Assembly (NCBI GenBank): GCA_023245775.1
Contig: JAHFJR010000001.1
Location: 6,523 to 70,522 of the forward strand
Length of the DNA stretch: 64,000 nt
Source: Candidatus Peribacteria bacterium
GTDB lineage: Bacteria; Patescibacteriota; Gracilibacteria; Peribacterales; Peribacteraceae
Reading direction: 5' to 3'
The notes under the pieces were generated by a model that was given only the letters and a program-made list of their open reading frames with translations, was not told the DNA's origin and did no database searches. Below, one piece after another: positions 38,680-48,680 of this stretch. The number at the start of each line of letters is the position of its first letter. Positions within the stretch are counted from its first letter, which is position 1. The translations under genes were made by a program, and so were the position numbers.

Positions 38680-40155
38680 ATGCTCCAGGCTCTTCGACAG
38701 CGGCTGACACTGATTCTGCTTTGTCTACTCCCGTTTCATGCATTTCTGGTGACGGTGCTCACGAAGGTGATGGTGGGGCCGGTGCATGCACCCCTACCTG
38801 TGCTCGCTGTGTGGAAAGAGGCGTTGCTTGGGGTGACTCTGGGGATCGCGGTGACGGAGGTGATGATTTCGGCGAAACAGTGGTTAGTAGGTAGTAGGCA
38901 GTGGTTAGTTTTTTTTAAAAAAATTGATGCTTTGGATGTGATCATTCTTGCATCACTCTTGCTATCGATTGCTATTTTTATTACCCACTACCCACTATCT
39001 ACTATCCACTTCATCTACGGCTTCAAGTATGACTTCCTCCCCCTCATCGCTTTCCTGATTCTCCGGAGAGTTCCGTGGGGTGAGCGATGGCTACAACACG
39101 TGCAGATTTCGTTGATCCTCGTAGGATCCATCGTCTCTGCATACGGACTTCTCACCCTCTTCCTTCCGGACAGTTTCTTCTCTTGGCTTGGGTACTCGAA
39201 TCAGCATTCTCTCTATTTCGCCAACAGTTCTCTCTCGGCTTTCCAGCACCTGCAAGCCAGTGATCTTCGTCGTGTGCAGAGTGTTCTGAGCGGGCCGAAT
39301 CAGCTGGGACTCTGGCTACTGATTCCGCTTGGGATGGTGCTTGGTTCATGGTCTCCGTGGAAGGTAGTCAGTTTTTTGCTGATACTCCTTGCGATCATTG
39401 GTTCTTTCTCCCGTGCAGCGTGGATCGCAGCGATTGTGATGACGATGGTTGTGTATGCGTCTTCTGTTGCAAAGGAACGCAGGAGGAAGATCGTTCTTCG
39501 TTCTCTCACAAGCGTTGTAGGCTTCGCGATTGCATTGGTATTCTTGTTCCCATCGGTCGTTGGTCGCATGGGTTCCTCATCGGATCATCTGAGGAAACCT
39601 GTCGAGGCCATGCGTCTGATTCTCATGCACCCCTTTGGTCTCGGTCTCGGATCTGCTGGGCCGGCGAGCAATGCGCTCAGTGATTCCTGTGTGTTTCTGC
39701 GGCCTCAGGATGATCCATCTTGGGCGAAAGCAACACCTGCACTCTGTGTCTTCGTTGGGGGCAAGCAGGTCCAGCCTTCGCTCCCTTCGGGGGAGCTACG
39801 GCCGGCAGGCCAGCTTCCGCTCCCTTCGGGGGAGCTACGGCCGGCAGGCCAGTCTTCGCATTCGTGCTCGTGTCCTCTGCTCACCGAGAATTGGTATCTG
39901 CAGTGGGGGGTGGAGATGGGGTGGCTGGGACTTCTATTGAGTGTGATGCTGCCGTGTTTTGTTTTTCGAAAGTGGTTCGTGGTTCGTGGTTCGTGGTCAG
40001 AGAAACTAATCACTAGTCACTTACTACTAACTACTCTTCTCTCCTTTCTTGGTCTGAGTATCGCCGCACTCTTTCTGCATGCTTTTGAAGATAGTGCCGT
40101 CGCATATTCGATGTGGATTCTCTTAGCAATGAAGTTGCCACCGACTCGCCGTTGA
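38680..40155 (+). CDS. O-antigen ligase/polymerase-like membrane protein
   Basis: R..S..GPN, SRAAW, HPFGLGLG, ENWYLQ...E.G. Confidence 0.8.
   Translation: MLQALRQRLTLILLCLLPFHAFLVTVLTKVMVGPVHAPLPVLAVWKEALLGVTLGIAVTEVMISAKQWLVGSRQWLVFFKKIDALDVIILASLLLSIAIFITHYPLSTIHFIYGFKYDFLPLIAFLILRRVPWGERWLQHVQISLILVGSIVSAYGLLTLFLPDSFFSWLGYSNQHSLYFANSSLSAFQHLQASDLRRVQSVLSGPNQLGLWLLIPLGMVLGSWSPWKVVSFLLILLAIIGSFSRAAWIAAIVMTMVVYASSVAKERRRKIVLRSLTSVVGFAIALVFLFPSVVGRMGSSSDHLRKPVEAMRLILMHPFGLGLGSAGPASNALSDSCVFLRPQDDPSWAKATPALCVFVGGKQVQPSLPSGELRPAGQLPLPSGELRPAGQSSHSCSCPLLTENWYLQWGVEMGWLGLLLSVMLPCFVFRKWFVVRGSWSEKLITSHLLLTTLLSFLGLSIAALFLHAFEDSAVAYSMWILLAMKLPPTRR
39771..39848 (+). repeat. tandem 2 x 39-bp in-frame palindromic element
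   Basis: Encodes QPSLPSGELRPAG / QLPLPSGELRPAG. Confidence 0.9.
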
Positions 40156-40180
40156 GGGTCAATCTTGCTAGACTCCGCGT

Positions 40181-42079
40181 ATGGCCGATTCCCCGCATCT
40201 TCGCTCCATCGCCATCCTCGATTTTGGCGGACAGTACGCACATTTGATTGCGAGTCGGATCAGGAGATTCGGTTACCCTGCGTATATTTATCCTTCAGAT
40301 GTTGATCTGAAAGAGTTAGAGGGAGTCGCAGGCATCATTCTCTCCGGTGGGCCGCAGAGTGTGTATGAAGACGGGAGTCCACAGGCGAACACGAAAATGT
40401 TTGATCTCGGCGTGCCAATCCTCGGACTCTGTTATGGGCACCAGTGGCTTGCGCATGTGCTTGGCGGGAAGGTCACACCTGCGAAGGTGAAGGAGTATGG
40501 ACCGACGAAAATACGAGTGATGAGTGATCAGTGGTCAGTGGCTAGTAATCTGTTTTCTGGACTACCCGAAAGTTTCACCGTCTGGATGTCGCATGGTGAT
40601 GAAGTCTCGAAGCTTCCGAAGGGATTCGTGACGACGGCGAGTTCTCTGGATTGCACGAATGCGGCGATGATGAACGCAGAGCGGCAAATTTTCGGTATTC
40701 AGTTTCACATCGAAGTGACGCATACGGAGCACGGGATGGAACTGCTGAGGTCGTTCGTTGACCTGTGTAAGCCCGATAGGTGGTCGATCAAGAGTTATGC
40801 GGAGAAAATAAGAGAGGAGATAAAAAAAGAAGTTGGGGACCAGCCTTCGTCCGCCTCGGGCGGACTACGGCCGGCAGGCAAGAAAGTATTCATGTTGGTG
40901 TCGGGCGGTGTCGATTCGACGGTGGCATTTACGCTTCTCAATAAAGTTCTCGGCTCGGATCGTGTCAAGGGACTGCTCGTCGATACGGGACTCATGAGAA
41001 AGAATGAAGTCGCGGCGATTCTCGAAGCCTTCAAGCCGCTCGGGATCAAGAATTTGCACGTCGAAGATGCCTCGCAGGAATTCCTGAAAAATCTTGAGAA
41101 TGTCTACGATCCGGAGGAGAAGAGGAAGCTCATCGGGAATACGTTTCTTGCTGTCCAGAAGCGAGTATTTGATCATTTAGGTTTATCGAAGACTACCCAC
41201 TACCCCTGCCTATCCGGCAGGCAGGCACTCCCCACTACCCACTGGCTTCTCGGGCAAGGCACGATCTACCCCGATACGATCGAGACCGGAGGAACAAAAA
41301 ATGCAGACAAGATCAAAACACATCACAACCGTGTCGATCTCATCCAGAAGATGATCGAGAAGGGACTCGTGATCGAGCCGCTCAAAGAGCTCTACAAAGA
41401 TGAAGTGCGTCAGCTTGGTGAAGAACTCGGACTTCCGCATGAATTGGTCTGGAGGCATCCGTTTCCGGGGCCGGGACTGGGGGTGAGAATACTGTGTGCA
41501 GCGCGGGAGTCGATCGAGGAAAACGTAGAAGTGGTTAGTGATCAGTGGTTAGTGGCTAGTATGGCGCTCCCTGTGCAGTCCGTCGGTGTGCAGGGTGATG
41601 GTCGTACGTATCGGCATGCACTTGCGTTATTCTCTCAGGACTCATTCACGGTAAGTGATGAGCAAAAGCAGCTGGCGATCTCGATCCCGAATGCCGATCG
41701 TAGATTCAACCGCGTGCTTCTCTGTACGTCACATCAAGCGCCGTTCACACCGGTCTTCACGCCGACCTACATCACGAAGCAGGTGGCCGATCTCCTGCGT
41801 GCGGCCGATGCGATTGCCGATGAAGAGATGCGAAGTGCCAATCTCACGGAAAAAATCTGGCAGTTCCCCGTCGCGCTTTTGCCGTTTGGAATTCAGAAAG
41901 GCGGACGCTCCGTCGTCCTCCGCCCGATCGAATCGACCGATGCGATGACTGCGAATGCGTTCATTTTGCCTTCTATGGTTCTTCAAAAAATGACCGAACG
42001 CATTTTGAAACTGCAAGGCATCGATGCGGTGTTTCTGGATCTTACGAACAAACCGCCCGCGACGATCGAGTGGGAGTAG
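40181..42079 (+). CDS. guaA: GMP synthase
   Basis: LDFGGQY, GLCYG.Q, SGGVDS, QGTIYPD, HPFPGPGL, KPPATIEWE. Confidence 0.97.
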   Translation: MADSPHLRSIAILDFGGQYAHLIASRIRRFGYPAYIYPSDVDLKELEGVAGIILSGGPQSVYEDGSPQANTKMFDLGVPILGLCYGHQWLAHVLGGKVTPAKVKEYGPTKIRVMSDQWSVASNLFSGLPESFTVWMSHGDEVSKLPKGFVTTASSLDCTNAAMMNAERQIFGIQFHIEVTHTEHGMELLRSFVDLCKPDRWSIKSYAEKIREEIKKEVGDQPSSASGGLRPAGKKVFMLVSGGVDSTVAFTLLNKVLGSDRVKGLLVDTGLMRKNEVAAILEAFKPLGIKNLHVEDASQEFLKNLENVYDPEEKRKLIGNTFLAVQKRVFDHLGLSKTTHYPCLSGRQALPTTHWLLGQGTIYPDTIETGGTKNADKIKTHHNRVDLIQKMIEKGLVIEPLKELYKDEVRQLGEELGLPHELVWRHPFPGPGLGVRILCAARESIEENVEVVSDQWLVASMALPVQSVGVQGDGRTYRHALALFSQDSFTVSDEQKQLAISIPNADRRFNRVLLCTSHQAPFTPVFTPTYITKQVADLLRAADAIADEEMRSANLTEKIWQFPVALLPFGIQKGGRSVVLRPIESTDAMTANAFILPSMVLQKMTERILKLQGIDAVFLDLTNKPPATIEWE

Positions 42080-42106
42080 CATCGGGCATACTCTGGTTTC
42101 GGGTAC

Positions 42107-42466
42107 ATGAATTCGTTAGAATCCAAAACTATGTCACACGATTGTTTTGATAGAAGATCTTCGCTGGAAGCGTGCGATGCTTTCGAGAAAATGCCGAGAT
42201 GCTTTCAAATACTTCATCAGAATCTTGTATCACTTTTGACTCCGATCGAGGTGAGGGTGATTCTTCTTTTTCGATGGGGTTACGGGGCATTTCCCCAATT
42301 GATGACGGAAGGAATGTTTTCTTCGATTGACCTGAAGTATGCACTGCGCACTCTACAAGAGAAGGGTCTTATTCACACGTATGATAGCTATTTGTTTGCG
42401 TTAACGCCTGCGGGGAGTACCACAAAAATCCGCTATGAACATAGAAAGCGAATTGGTGTCATCTGA
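42107..42466 (+). CDS. hypothetical protein (possible winged helix)
   Basis: ALRTLQEKGLI..ALTPAG pattern. Confidence 0.45.
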   Translation: MNSLESKTMSHDCFDRRSSLEACDAFEKMPRCFQILHQNLVSLLTPIEVRVILLFRWGYGAFPQLMTEGMFSSIDLKYALRTLQEKGLIHTYDSYLFALTPAGSTTKIRYEHRKRIGVI

Positions 42467-42498
42467 GCATGTCGGATTTCGGCTATACTATGGTCTCC

Positions 42499-43071
42499 AT
42501 GTCCCCCCTCAGTCCGCTTCCCCCCGAGGAACTCGCAGCTCTCGTGCTCAAGGCGCAGGATGGTGACACCGAGGCGTTCGGCAAGATCTACGATGCGTAC
42601 CTCACGCCCGTTTATCGCTACGTCGTGTTCCGTTTTCCTCAGGAACTTGCGGAGGATCTGGTGGCGGATATCTTCGTGAAATCGTGGGAGAAATTGCATA
42701 CGTATCGGCCGCTTGCCGGCATTCCTTTTTCGGCATGGCTCTTCCGCATCGCACGGCATGCCCTCATCGATGCGTACAGGAGTCAGAGAGGATTCGAGGA
42801 CCTCAGTGAGGAACTGGTGGATGAGAAGCCCGACAATGATCCGAAACTTCGTACCGAACAGTCCCTTTCGGTCGCTCGTGTTCGTAGGGCGATCGAGAAA
42901 TTACCGAGGGATTACCGAGATGTTGTTCTCCTTCATTACATTTCCGGACTCGGGCATACGGAAGTGGCGCAGGCGCTGAAGATGACCGAAGGGTATGTGC
43001 GTATTCTCAAATTTCGTGCACTCAAAAAGCTCGAGGGATTGCTTCGTTTCCCAAAACTTGACAATGATTAA
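42499..43071 (+). CDS. ECF sigma factor
   Basis: AQDGD.EAF, AEDL, FSAWLFRIARH, region-4 HTH. Confidence 0.92.
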   Translation: MSPLSPLPPEELAALVLKAQDGDTEAFGKIYDAYLTPVYRYVVFRFPQELAEDLVADIFVKSWEKLHTYRPLAGIPFSAWLFRIARHALIDAYRSQRGFEDLSEELVDEKPDNDPKLRTEQSLSVARVRRAIEKLPRDYRDVVLLHYISGLGHTEVAQALKMTEGYVRILKFRALKKLEGLLRFPKLDND

Positions 43072-43161
43072 TTCTATTTCTTCTAAAAACTGCTTTTTTT
43101 CCTCTTTCTCCTGTAACACCGTTCCTACTTTTCCGTTTTAGTAAGCGAAGAACCCCATTCC

Positions 43162-45069
43162 ATGCTCGATGAATCCATTCTCCAGCGGCTCGCCGAAGGC
43201 GTCACCCCGAGTGGCGACCTCAGAACACGCCTCAGAGAGCAGATCCAGTGCAGGATTGAGCCCATGGCACTCAGAGCGACTGTGACAGGCGTCGTACCTC
43301 CTCCGTCACTGTCTACAACACTCAAGCAGCGCATCCTCTTCGCTCTCCGCGGTTCCTCTGTGACGAGTGAATTGAGTGATCTCGTTCGAGCCACGGATCT
43401 TGCTCCATCGCGTTTTGTCGCTCTTCGAGAGACGATCCTTGCTCGTCTCAGTCCTGATCCAGAGGGATCGCTCCTGCATGGTTCTCTGAAATGGGCCGCT
43501 GCATTTGCCGTGTTCGTTCTGCTGATTCGCGCGATGCCGCTCGTGTTCTTGGCTCCAACGACGAAGGCCGATGTCGGTGTGCAACTCATTCCAACAGGTG
43601 ACGATGCATCGATCTACGTGGGTGGGGTCTGGCGGAGCGTCGTCCAGCCCGAGATCATTCGCGGTCCACTGATGGTGCGTACGGGCAGTTCTCGGGTCAC
43701 GGTGATCCTCAATGATGATGGTGTGGTTCGTCTGGAGCCGAATACGACATTCAAACTCCATGATATTGCCGATCGTCCGCAGTCTGCTGCTGGTCCGACA
43801 GCGACGCTCGTTCGTGGTCAGATGTGGGTCCTTGGGTTGCTTCCTGCACTTACAGAAGGTCTTTCGATCGAAACGATTCAAGGAGAGGTGACGGTGAATT
43901 CTGGCAGCGCTTCTCTCTCGGAGGATGGCCATACGATGACCGTTTCTGTCTATGATCGTGGAGTGACATTCCATGCGGGGAATCAAGCTTCCTTCGTTGT
44001 ATCGGGCGAGAAAGGAAGTGCACATGGCACTGCTCCATTCTCGATCGTGACGTTCCCTACTCGGGTATTCACTGCATCGTACGTGAGTGAGAATCTCCAG
44101 CAGGATGCTGTGCATCGAGCCGAGATCGCCAAACTTCAACAGGAGCGTCGGGAGCGGATGGCGGGCATTCTCCCCACGTCGATTTTCTATTCAGCGAAGC
44201 GTCTCTCGGAGGAGGTGGACGTGCTCTTCACACTGACACATGACGGTCGTAGTGAGAAGCGCATTCAACAGGCTGATACACGTCTCAGCGAGGCATTGGC
44301 GCTCTTCAAGGAAGGTCAGAATGCACAGGCGGCCGTGCCTCTCACCGAGTACAGGAATTCCCTCATTGCGATGGCGAGTGGAACGGGAGACAACCTCGTG
44401 AAATTCCTCATCAGGCAGCAGGTTGCCGATGCGAGCGCTTCGCTCACTCCGATGACATCATCGGGGAAGATCCAACTCGTGGGTTCGGCTGTGATGGATG
44501 TCGGTGCAGCGATCCCAGATACGAAGTTGAATACGAAAGATATCGAAGGATATGTGCTCGTTGATAAGCTCACAGAGATCAATCGCACCCTCGCTTTCGA
44601 GCATAATTTGACGGGGGCACTGATGGCGTATGCCGATGTGAGTCCGTACCTCAAATCACTGCTCAGTGATGAGAAGAACGGCCCGCATCCACTTCTCAGG
44701 AAAGAGGCAAAATCCTTACTCGTTACCATGTCCTCTCTCGTGAAGAAATCTGCGAATGGCAATCAGGACAAGGTGCTCGTTGCCGTCCAATCGGATCTGC
44801 ATCAGTACTTGCCTGCCGAGTCCGAGGCGGTTCTCGTGTCTGAAGAAGAACTGAATGAAGCGGTGCAGAAGATGGTGGATCGTATCTTCATCTTCAAAGC
44901 TCCGCTCAGTCGCTACAATCAGTTGATGCTCGAGATGGACAACCTCCATGGCAATGTGAATCGTGGGACGCTCCTGCGGCGCTTGTTCCGTGCTGTTCCA
45001 GAGAATGGGCTCGGTGGGTATGTGCTCACGGAGATCAAGAATTTTGGAGATGAACTGAAGGGGAGGTGA
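43162..45069 (+). CDS. putative anti-sigma factor: TM, FecR-like domain, helical domain
   Basis: Follows ECF; single TM; VRTG...DGVVRLEPNT; GILP..FY..KR..E. Confidence 0.6.
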   Translation: MLDESILQRLAEGVTPSGDLRTRLREQIQCRIEPMALRATVTGVVPPPSLSTTLKQRILFALRGSSVTSELSDLVRATDLAPSRFVALRETILARLSPDPEGSLLHGSLKWAAAFAVFVLLIRAMPLVFLAPTTKADVGVQLIPTGDDASIYVGGVWRSVVQPEIIRGPLMVRTGSSRVTVILNDDGVVRLEPNTTFKLHDIADRPQSAAGPTATLVRGQMWVLGLLPALTEGLSIETIQGEVTVNSGSASLSEDGHTMTVSVYDRGVTFHAGNQASFVVSGEKGSAHGTAPFSIVTFPTRVFTASYVSENLQQDAVHRAEIAKLQQERRERMAGILPTSIFYSAKRLSEEVDVLFTLTHDGRSEKRIQQADTRLSEALALFKEGQNAQAAVPLTEYRNSLIAMASGTGDNLVKFLIRQQVADASASLTPMTSSGKIQLVGSAVMDVGAAIPDTKLNTKDIEGYVLVDKLTEINRTLAFEHNLTGALMAYADVSPYLKSLLSDEKNGPHPLLRKEAKSLLVTMSSLVKKSANGNQDKVLVAVQSDLHQYLPAESEAVLVSEEELNEAVQKMVDRIFIFKAPLSRYNQLMLEMDNLHGNVNRGTLLRRLFRAVPENGLGGYVLTEIKNFGDELKGR

Positions 45070-45248
45070 GGAAAAGTGAAAAGTTGAAAGTTGAAAGTGG
45101 AAAGTAAAGAAGAAGAACTCCTTCTCTTGTATCTACGTACTTTCCACCGTCAACCTGCCACCTTCCACCTTTCCGTCTGCCTTTTCTGCCCTTTCTTGCC
45201 TTTCCGCCTTCGTTCCAGTACCTTTCCGCAGCTTCCCAATAATCCGTT

Positions 45249-45812
45249 ATGTACACCATCACTGATCTCAAACCTGGTCGTGCCATTACTCTCGATGGTG
45301 AACCGTTCATCGTGCTCGCCTCTCAGTTCGGTCGCAAGAGCCAGAGCCAAGCAAACATGCAGTGCAAGCTCAAGAATCTACAGACGGGCGCCATCGTGGC
45401 TCGTAATTTTCAAGGCAGCGAGAAGATCGAGCCCGCCGATGTTGGGTATCGTCATGTGCAGTACCTCTATGCCGGACAGGGCACCCGTGCGTTCATGGAT
45501 CTCGAGACGTACGATCAGTTTGAACTTCCAGACGATATGATCGGTGAGGGGATCCGGTTCCTCGTTGATGGTCTCGAAGTCGATGCGCTCATGTACGAGG
45601 AGAAAGCGATCGGCATCAAGTTGCCGGTGACGGTGGTGCTCGAGGTGAAAGAAACGTCTCCGGGTGTACGTGGTGATACGGCGACGGGTGGTGGCAAGCC
45701 TGCAACGCTCAGTAGTGGTGCCGTGATCAACGTACCGCTCTTTGTGAATGAAGGTGACAAGATCAAAGTGAACACCGAGAGTGGTGAGTACGTGGAGAGG
45801 GCGAACAAGTAG
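45249..45812 (+). CDS. efp: elongation factor P
   Basis: QYLY, FMDLETYDQ, PGVRGDTA, KPATL, VPLFV. Confidence 0.96.
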   Translation: MYTITDLKPGRAITLDGEPFIVLASQFGRKSQSQANMQCKLKNLQTGAIVARNFQGSEKIEPADVGYRHVQYLYAGQGTRAFMDLETYDQFELPDDMIGEGIRFLVDGLEVDALMYEEKAIGIKLPVTVVLEVKETSPGVRGDTATGGGKPATLSSGAVINVPLFVNEGDKIKVNTESGEYVERANK

Positions 45813-45813
45813 G

Positions 45814-46455
45814 TTAGCGAAGATCTGAACCTAACAAATTCCTGATGGTGACAGGACGATAGTTGTTTGAAAACCGGAACCGATCGATATATTTCAGTTC
45901 GATGACACTATCGTCGTTACTGGGTTGCGTGAGGACATCATAGATGATGCGCTCCATTGCCCTTTCTTCTTCAGGAATTACGACCGCGTACCACATGCCT
46001 CCGATGTTGACGATAATCCTTCCGTCCTCCAGTTCGTACATTTCTTTTGTCTGAATCACGCCTGATCGGGTGAGAACATTCTTCCAGTTTACCCGGAGAT
46101 AGTTCACGAGCTCGCTTTCTTTTTTTCTGTTTTCCAGATCGACCTCTTCGATAGGAGCCGCATCTGGCGATGCCTCGTTTGCCTCTTCGGTTTCTTCCAC
46201 GGTCGCAGAAACGCTATCTGGATCGACGGCAGGCCCTCTTGCAGGATGTTTGCCGTTCTCCACATGGACCTCGACGGGTTTTTTCTTTGCCCATACTCCG
46301 ATTGATTCGCAGACGTTTTGAATCTCTTCGCGCAAAGCAACTGCTCCCACCAGAACGGTTGCAAGTGTCACTGTACAATACAATGCCCGTATTCTTCGCT
46401 CAGCTTCATTCGTTTCTTTCCGTTCTTCCTGTTGTGGCTCAGGCGAGCTGCTCAT
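45814..46455 (-). CDS. hypothetical membrane-anchored protein
   Basis: Single TM, acidic linker. Confidence 0.55.
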   Translation of the reverse strand: MSSSPEPQQEERKETNEAERRIRALYCTVTLATVLVGAVALREEIQNVCESIGVWAKKKPVEVHVENGKHPARGPAVDPDSVSATVEETEEANEASPDAAPIEEVDLENRKKESELVNYLRVNWKNVLTRSGVIQTKEMYELEDGRIIVNIGGMWYAVVIPEEERAMERIIYDVLTQPSNDDSVIELKYIDRFRFSNNYRPVTIRNLLGSDLR

Positions 46456-46473
46456 AGTACCCCGTTCTATCAC

Positions 46474-47922
46474 TCATGTGCCTTCCGTCAAAGTTTTTAG
46501 CAGCAACTCCTGCACTTTTTTCGCATCAGCCTGCCCTTTTGACATCTTCATGACGGCACCGACGATGGCACCGAGAGCGGCGGTTTTTCCTTCTTTGAAG
46601 TTTGCGATGGCCTTTGGATTCGCGGCGATCGCTTCATCGATGAATTTCTGCAGCGTGGTGCCATCGCTCACCTGTCCCATACCTTCTTCCTTGATGATGA
46701 CGTTTGGAGCTTTACCCGTGAGGACCATTTTTTCGAGGACGTCTTTGCCCGCATTCACATTGATGGTGCCTGAGCTGATCGCTCTCGCGAGTTCGACCAT
46801 CTGATTTGGTGATGGCGCATCGGCGAGGGATTTCCCATGCTCCGTCAGGAATCCGCGAAGTTGTGTGAGGACGAGTGAACTTGCGCGCTTGGGTTCTTGA
46901 ATTGCAACTTGGATTGCATCAAACCTCTCGCGCAATTGAGGCTCATCGACGAGCATCGCTGCTTCGGCTTCCGTGAGTCCTAGAGCGATGTATGCAGACC
47001 TCATTTCTGAAGGGAGTTGCTCCATGCCCTGCGTCACCGCGGCCAGAAAGGCCGCTCCTATGGAGAGGGGTGGAATATCTGGCTCGGGGAAGTAGCGGTA
47101 GTCGGCGGCGGATTCTTTGTCACGAAGCAGTACGGTTCGTTCCTCATCGTCGATCCATCCGACGGTTGTTTCGCCGGTCGGTTGCTTGCCCTCGGACCAG
47201 AGTTTCTCCAATACTTTCTGCTGATACTGCAGGGCTTTCTCTAAGGCTTTGAAGGAATTGAGATTCTTAATTTCAACACGCGGATAGAGCTTCGTGTCCC
47301 CCTTTGGACGCAGAGAAATCGATGCATCGAAACGCATCATGCCTTTGTACATGTCGGCTTCGCTCGAGCCGGCCGCGATCAAAATTCTACGTAGTTCTTC
47401 GGCGAAACTACTCGCTTCTTTGTAAGACCGCAGATCCGGCTCGGTCACAATCTCCATGAGTGGCGTGCCGGCGCGATTGTAGTCGCAGAGCGAATGATTC
47501 GCGCGATGCATCAGTTTTCCCGCGTCATTCTCGATGTGGAGACGGAGAATGCGACATTCGCCCTGCGTGGTGGCATTGGTCTTCGGGTCCGTGACCGAGA
47601 ATTTCACGATTCCATTACTTGCGAGCGGAAACTTGTACTGCGAGATCTGATACCCAGCAGGGAGATCGGGGTAGAAGTAGTTCTTGCGGTCGAAGTGTGA
47701 TCTCTCATTCACGGTGCACTTGAGCGCTTTCGAGGAACGTACGGCTTTCTCGAGAACTGCTCTGTTCACGACGGGGAGCGTGCCGGGGTGGCCCATGCAG
47801 ACGGGGCAGACTGTGGTATTCGGGGCTTTCTCCCATGCGTTATTGTCGCAGGCGCAGAACATCTTCGTCTTCGTATTCATCTGCGCGTGGACTTCGAGGC
47901 CGATGATCGTTTCGAGTTCCAT
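46474..47922 (-). CDS. gatB: Asp/Glu-tRNA amidotransferase subunit B
   Basis: IGLEVH, RKNYFYPDLP, EIKNLNS, DYRYFPEPD. Confidence 0.97.
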   Translation of the reverse strand: MELETIIGLEVHAQMNTKTKMFCACDNNAWEKAPNTTVCPVCMGHPGTLPVVNRAVLEKAVRSSKALKCTVNERSHFDRKNYFYPDLPAGYQISQYKFPLASNGIVKFSVTDPKTNATTQGECRILRLHIENDAGKLMHRANHSLCDYNRAGTPLMEIVTEPDLRSYKEASSFAEELRRILIAAGSSEADMYKGMMRFDASISLRPKGDTKLYPRVEIKNLNSFKALEKALQYQQKVLEKLWSEGKQPTGETTVGWIDDEERTVLLRDKESAADYRYFPEPDIPPLSIGAAFLAAVTQGMEQLPSEMRSAYIALGLTEAEAAMLVDEPQLRERFDAIQVAIQEPKRASSLVLTQLRGFLTEHGKSLADAPSPNQMVELARAISSGTINVNAGKDVLEKMVLTGKAPNVIIKEEGMGQVSDGTTLQKFIDEAIAANPKAIANFKEGKTAALGAIVGAVMKMSKGQADAKKVQELLLKTLTEGT

Positions 47923-47941
47923 CGCAGACAGTGTAGCGTTT

Positions 47942-48397
47942 TCAGAGGATATTCTCCCTCTTGTGATCGGTGATCAGTATGCCTTCCAGATGATCCACTT
48001 CGTGCTGCACGACACGAGCATCGAAACCCGAGAGTTTCAGTTCGCGCTGCCTGCCTGCTGCACTGAGGAATTGGATGATAATTTCTGCAGCCCTTGGCAC
48101 TTGAATCCAGATATCTGGTAGGCTCAAACATCCTTCTTCTGCAGTTTCTCGTTCCCTACTGCGCCAGGTGATCTCGGGATTCACGAGAGGAACCAGTTTT
48201 TTTGAAATCATTGCGATGCACACTCTCTCCGATCGATTGACCTGTGGGGCCGCAAGCCCTGCTCCCTTCGCCGCTCTCGTTGTTTCCTCCATGTCGCGGA
48301 TCAGTGTGACGACGTCTTTTGTCACTTTGGAAACGGGCTTCGTTTTTGCGCGAAGGATAGGCGTTCTCTCGCCGGTGACGATGGGAAGGACGGCCAT
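47942..48397 (-). CDS. def: peptide deformylase
   Basis: GLAAPQ, EGCLS, QHEVDHL. Confidence 0.96.
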   Translation of the reverse strand: MAVLPIVTGERTPILRAKTKPVSKVTKDVVTLIRDMEETTRAAKGAGLAAPQVNRSERVCIAMISKKLVPLVNPEITWRSRERETAEEGCLSLPDIWIQVPRAAEIIIQFLSAAGRQRELKLSGFDARVVQHEVDHLEGILITDHKRENIL

Positions 48398-48680
48398 TTT
48401 GAGTCTCAGTATAGCCTTTTTCCAGATTGTAAGGAGAAAAATATGCACGAATTTTCTTTGTCTGTGCAATGATGTGTGCATGAAATTTGAGACTCAGGAT
48501 GCCAAAGTGCAATACATCAGGGGTGAGGTCGGAAGATTTGGCGATGGTTTCTTTCCGACGACCCAGCACATGCAGCATTTGGACCATGTGACCGATTCGT
48601 TGCCTTTCAACCAGTTCACCGATCTCCAGCAGAGAGTCGCCGCTCTCCGAATACATATTGAGGCAGAGAAGTGCGCTCTC

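Noticed and set aside
39771-39860. CRISPR array
   Set aside because: Two adjacent 39-bp units with no spacers, inside a CDS, and no cas genes in the window.
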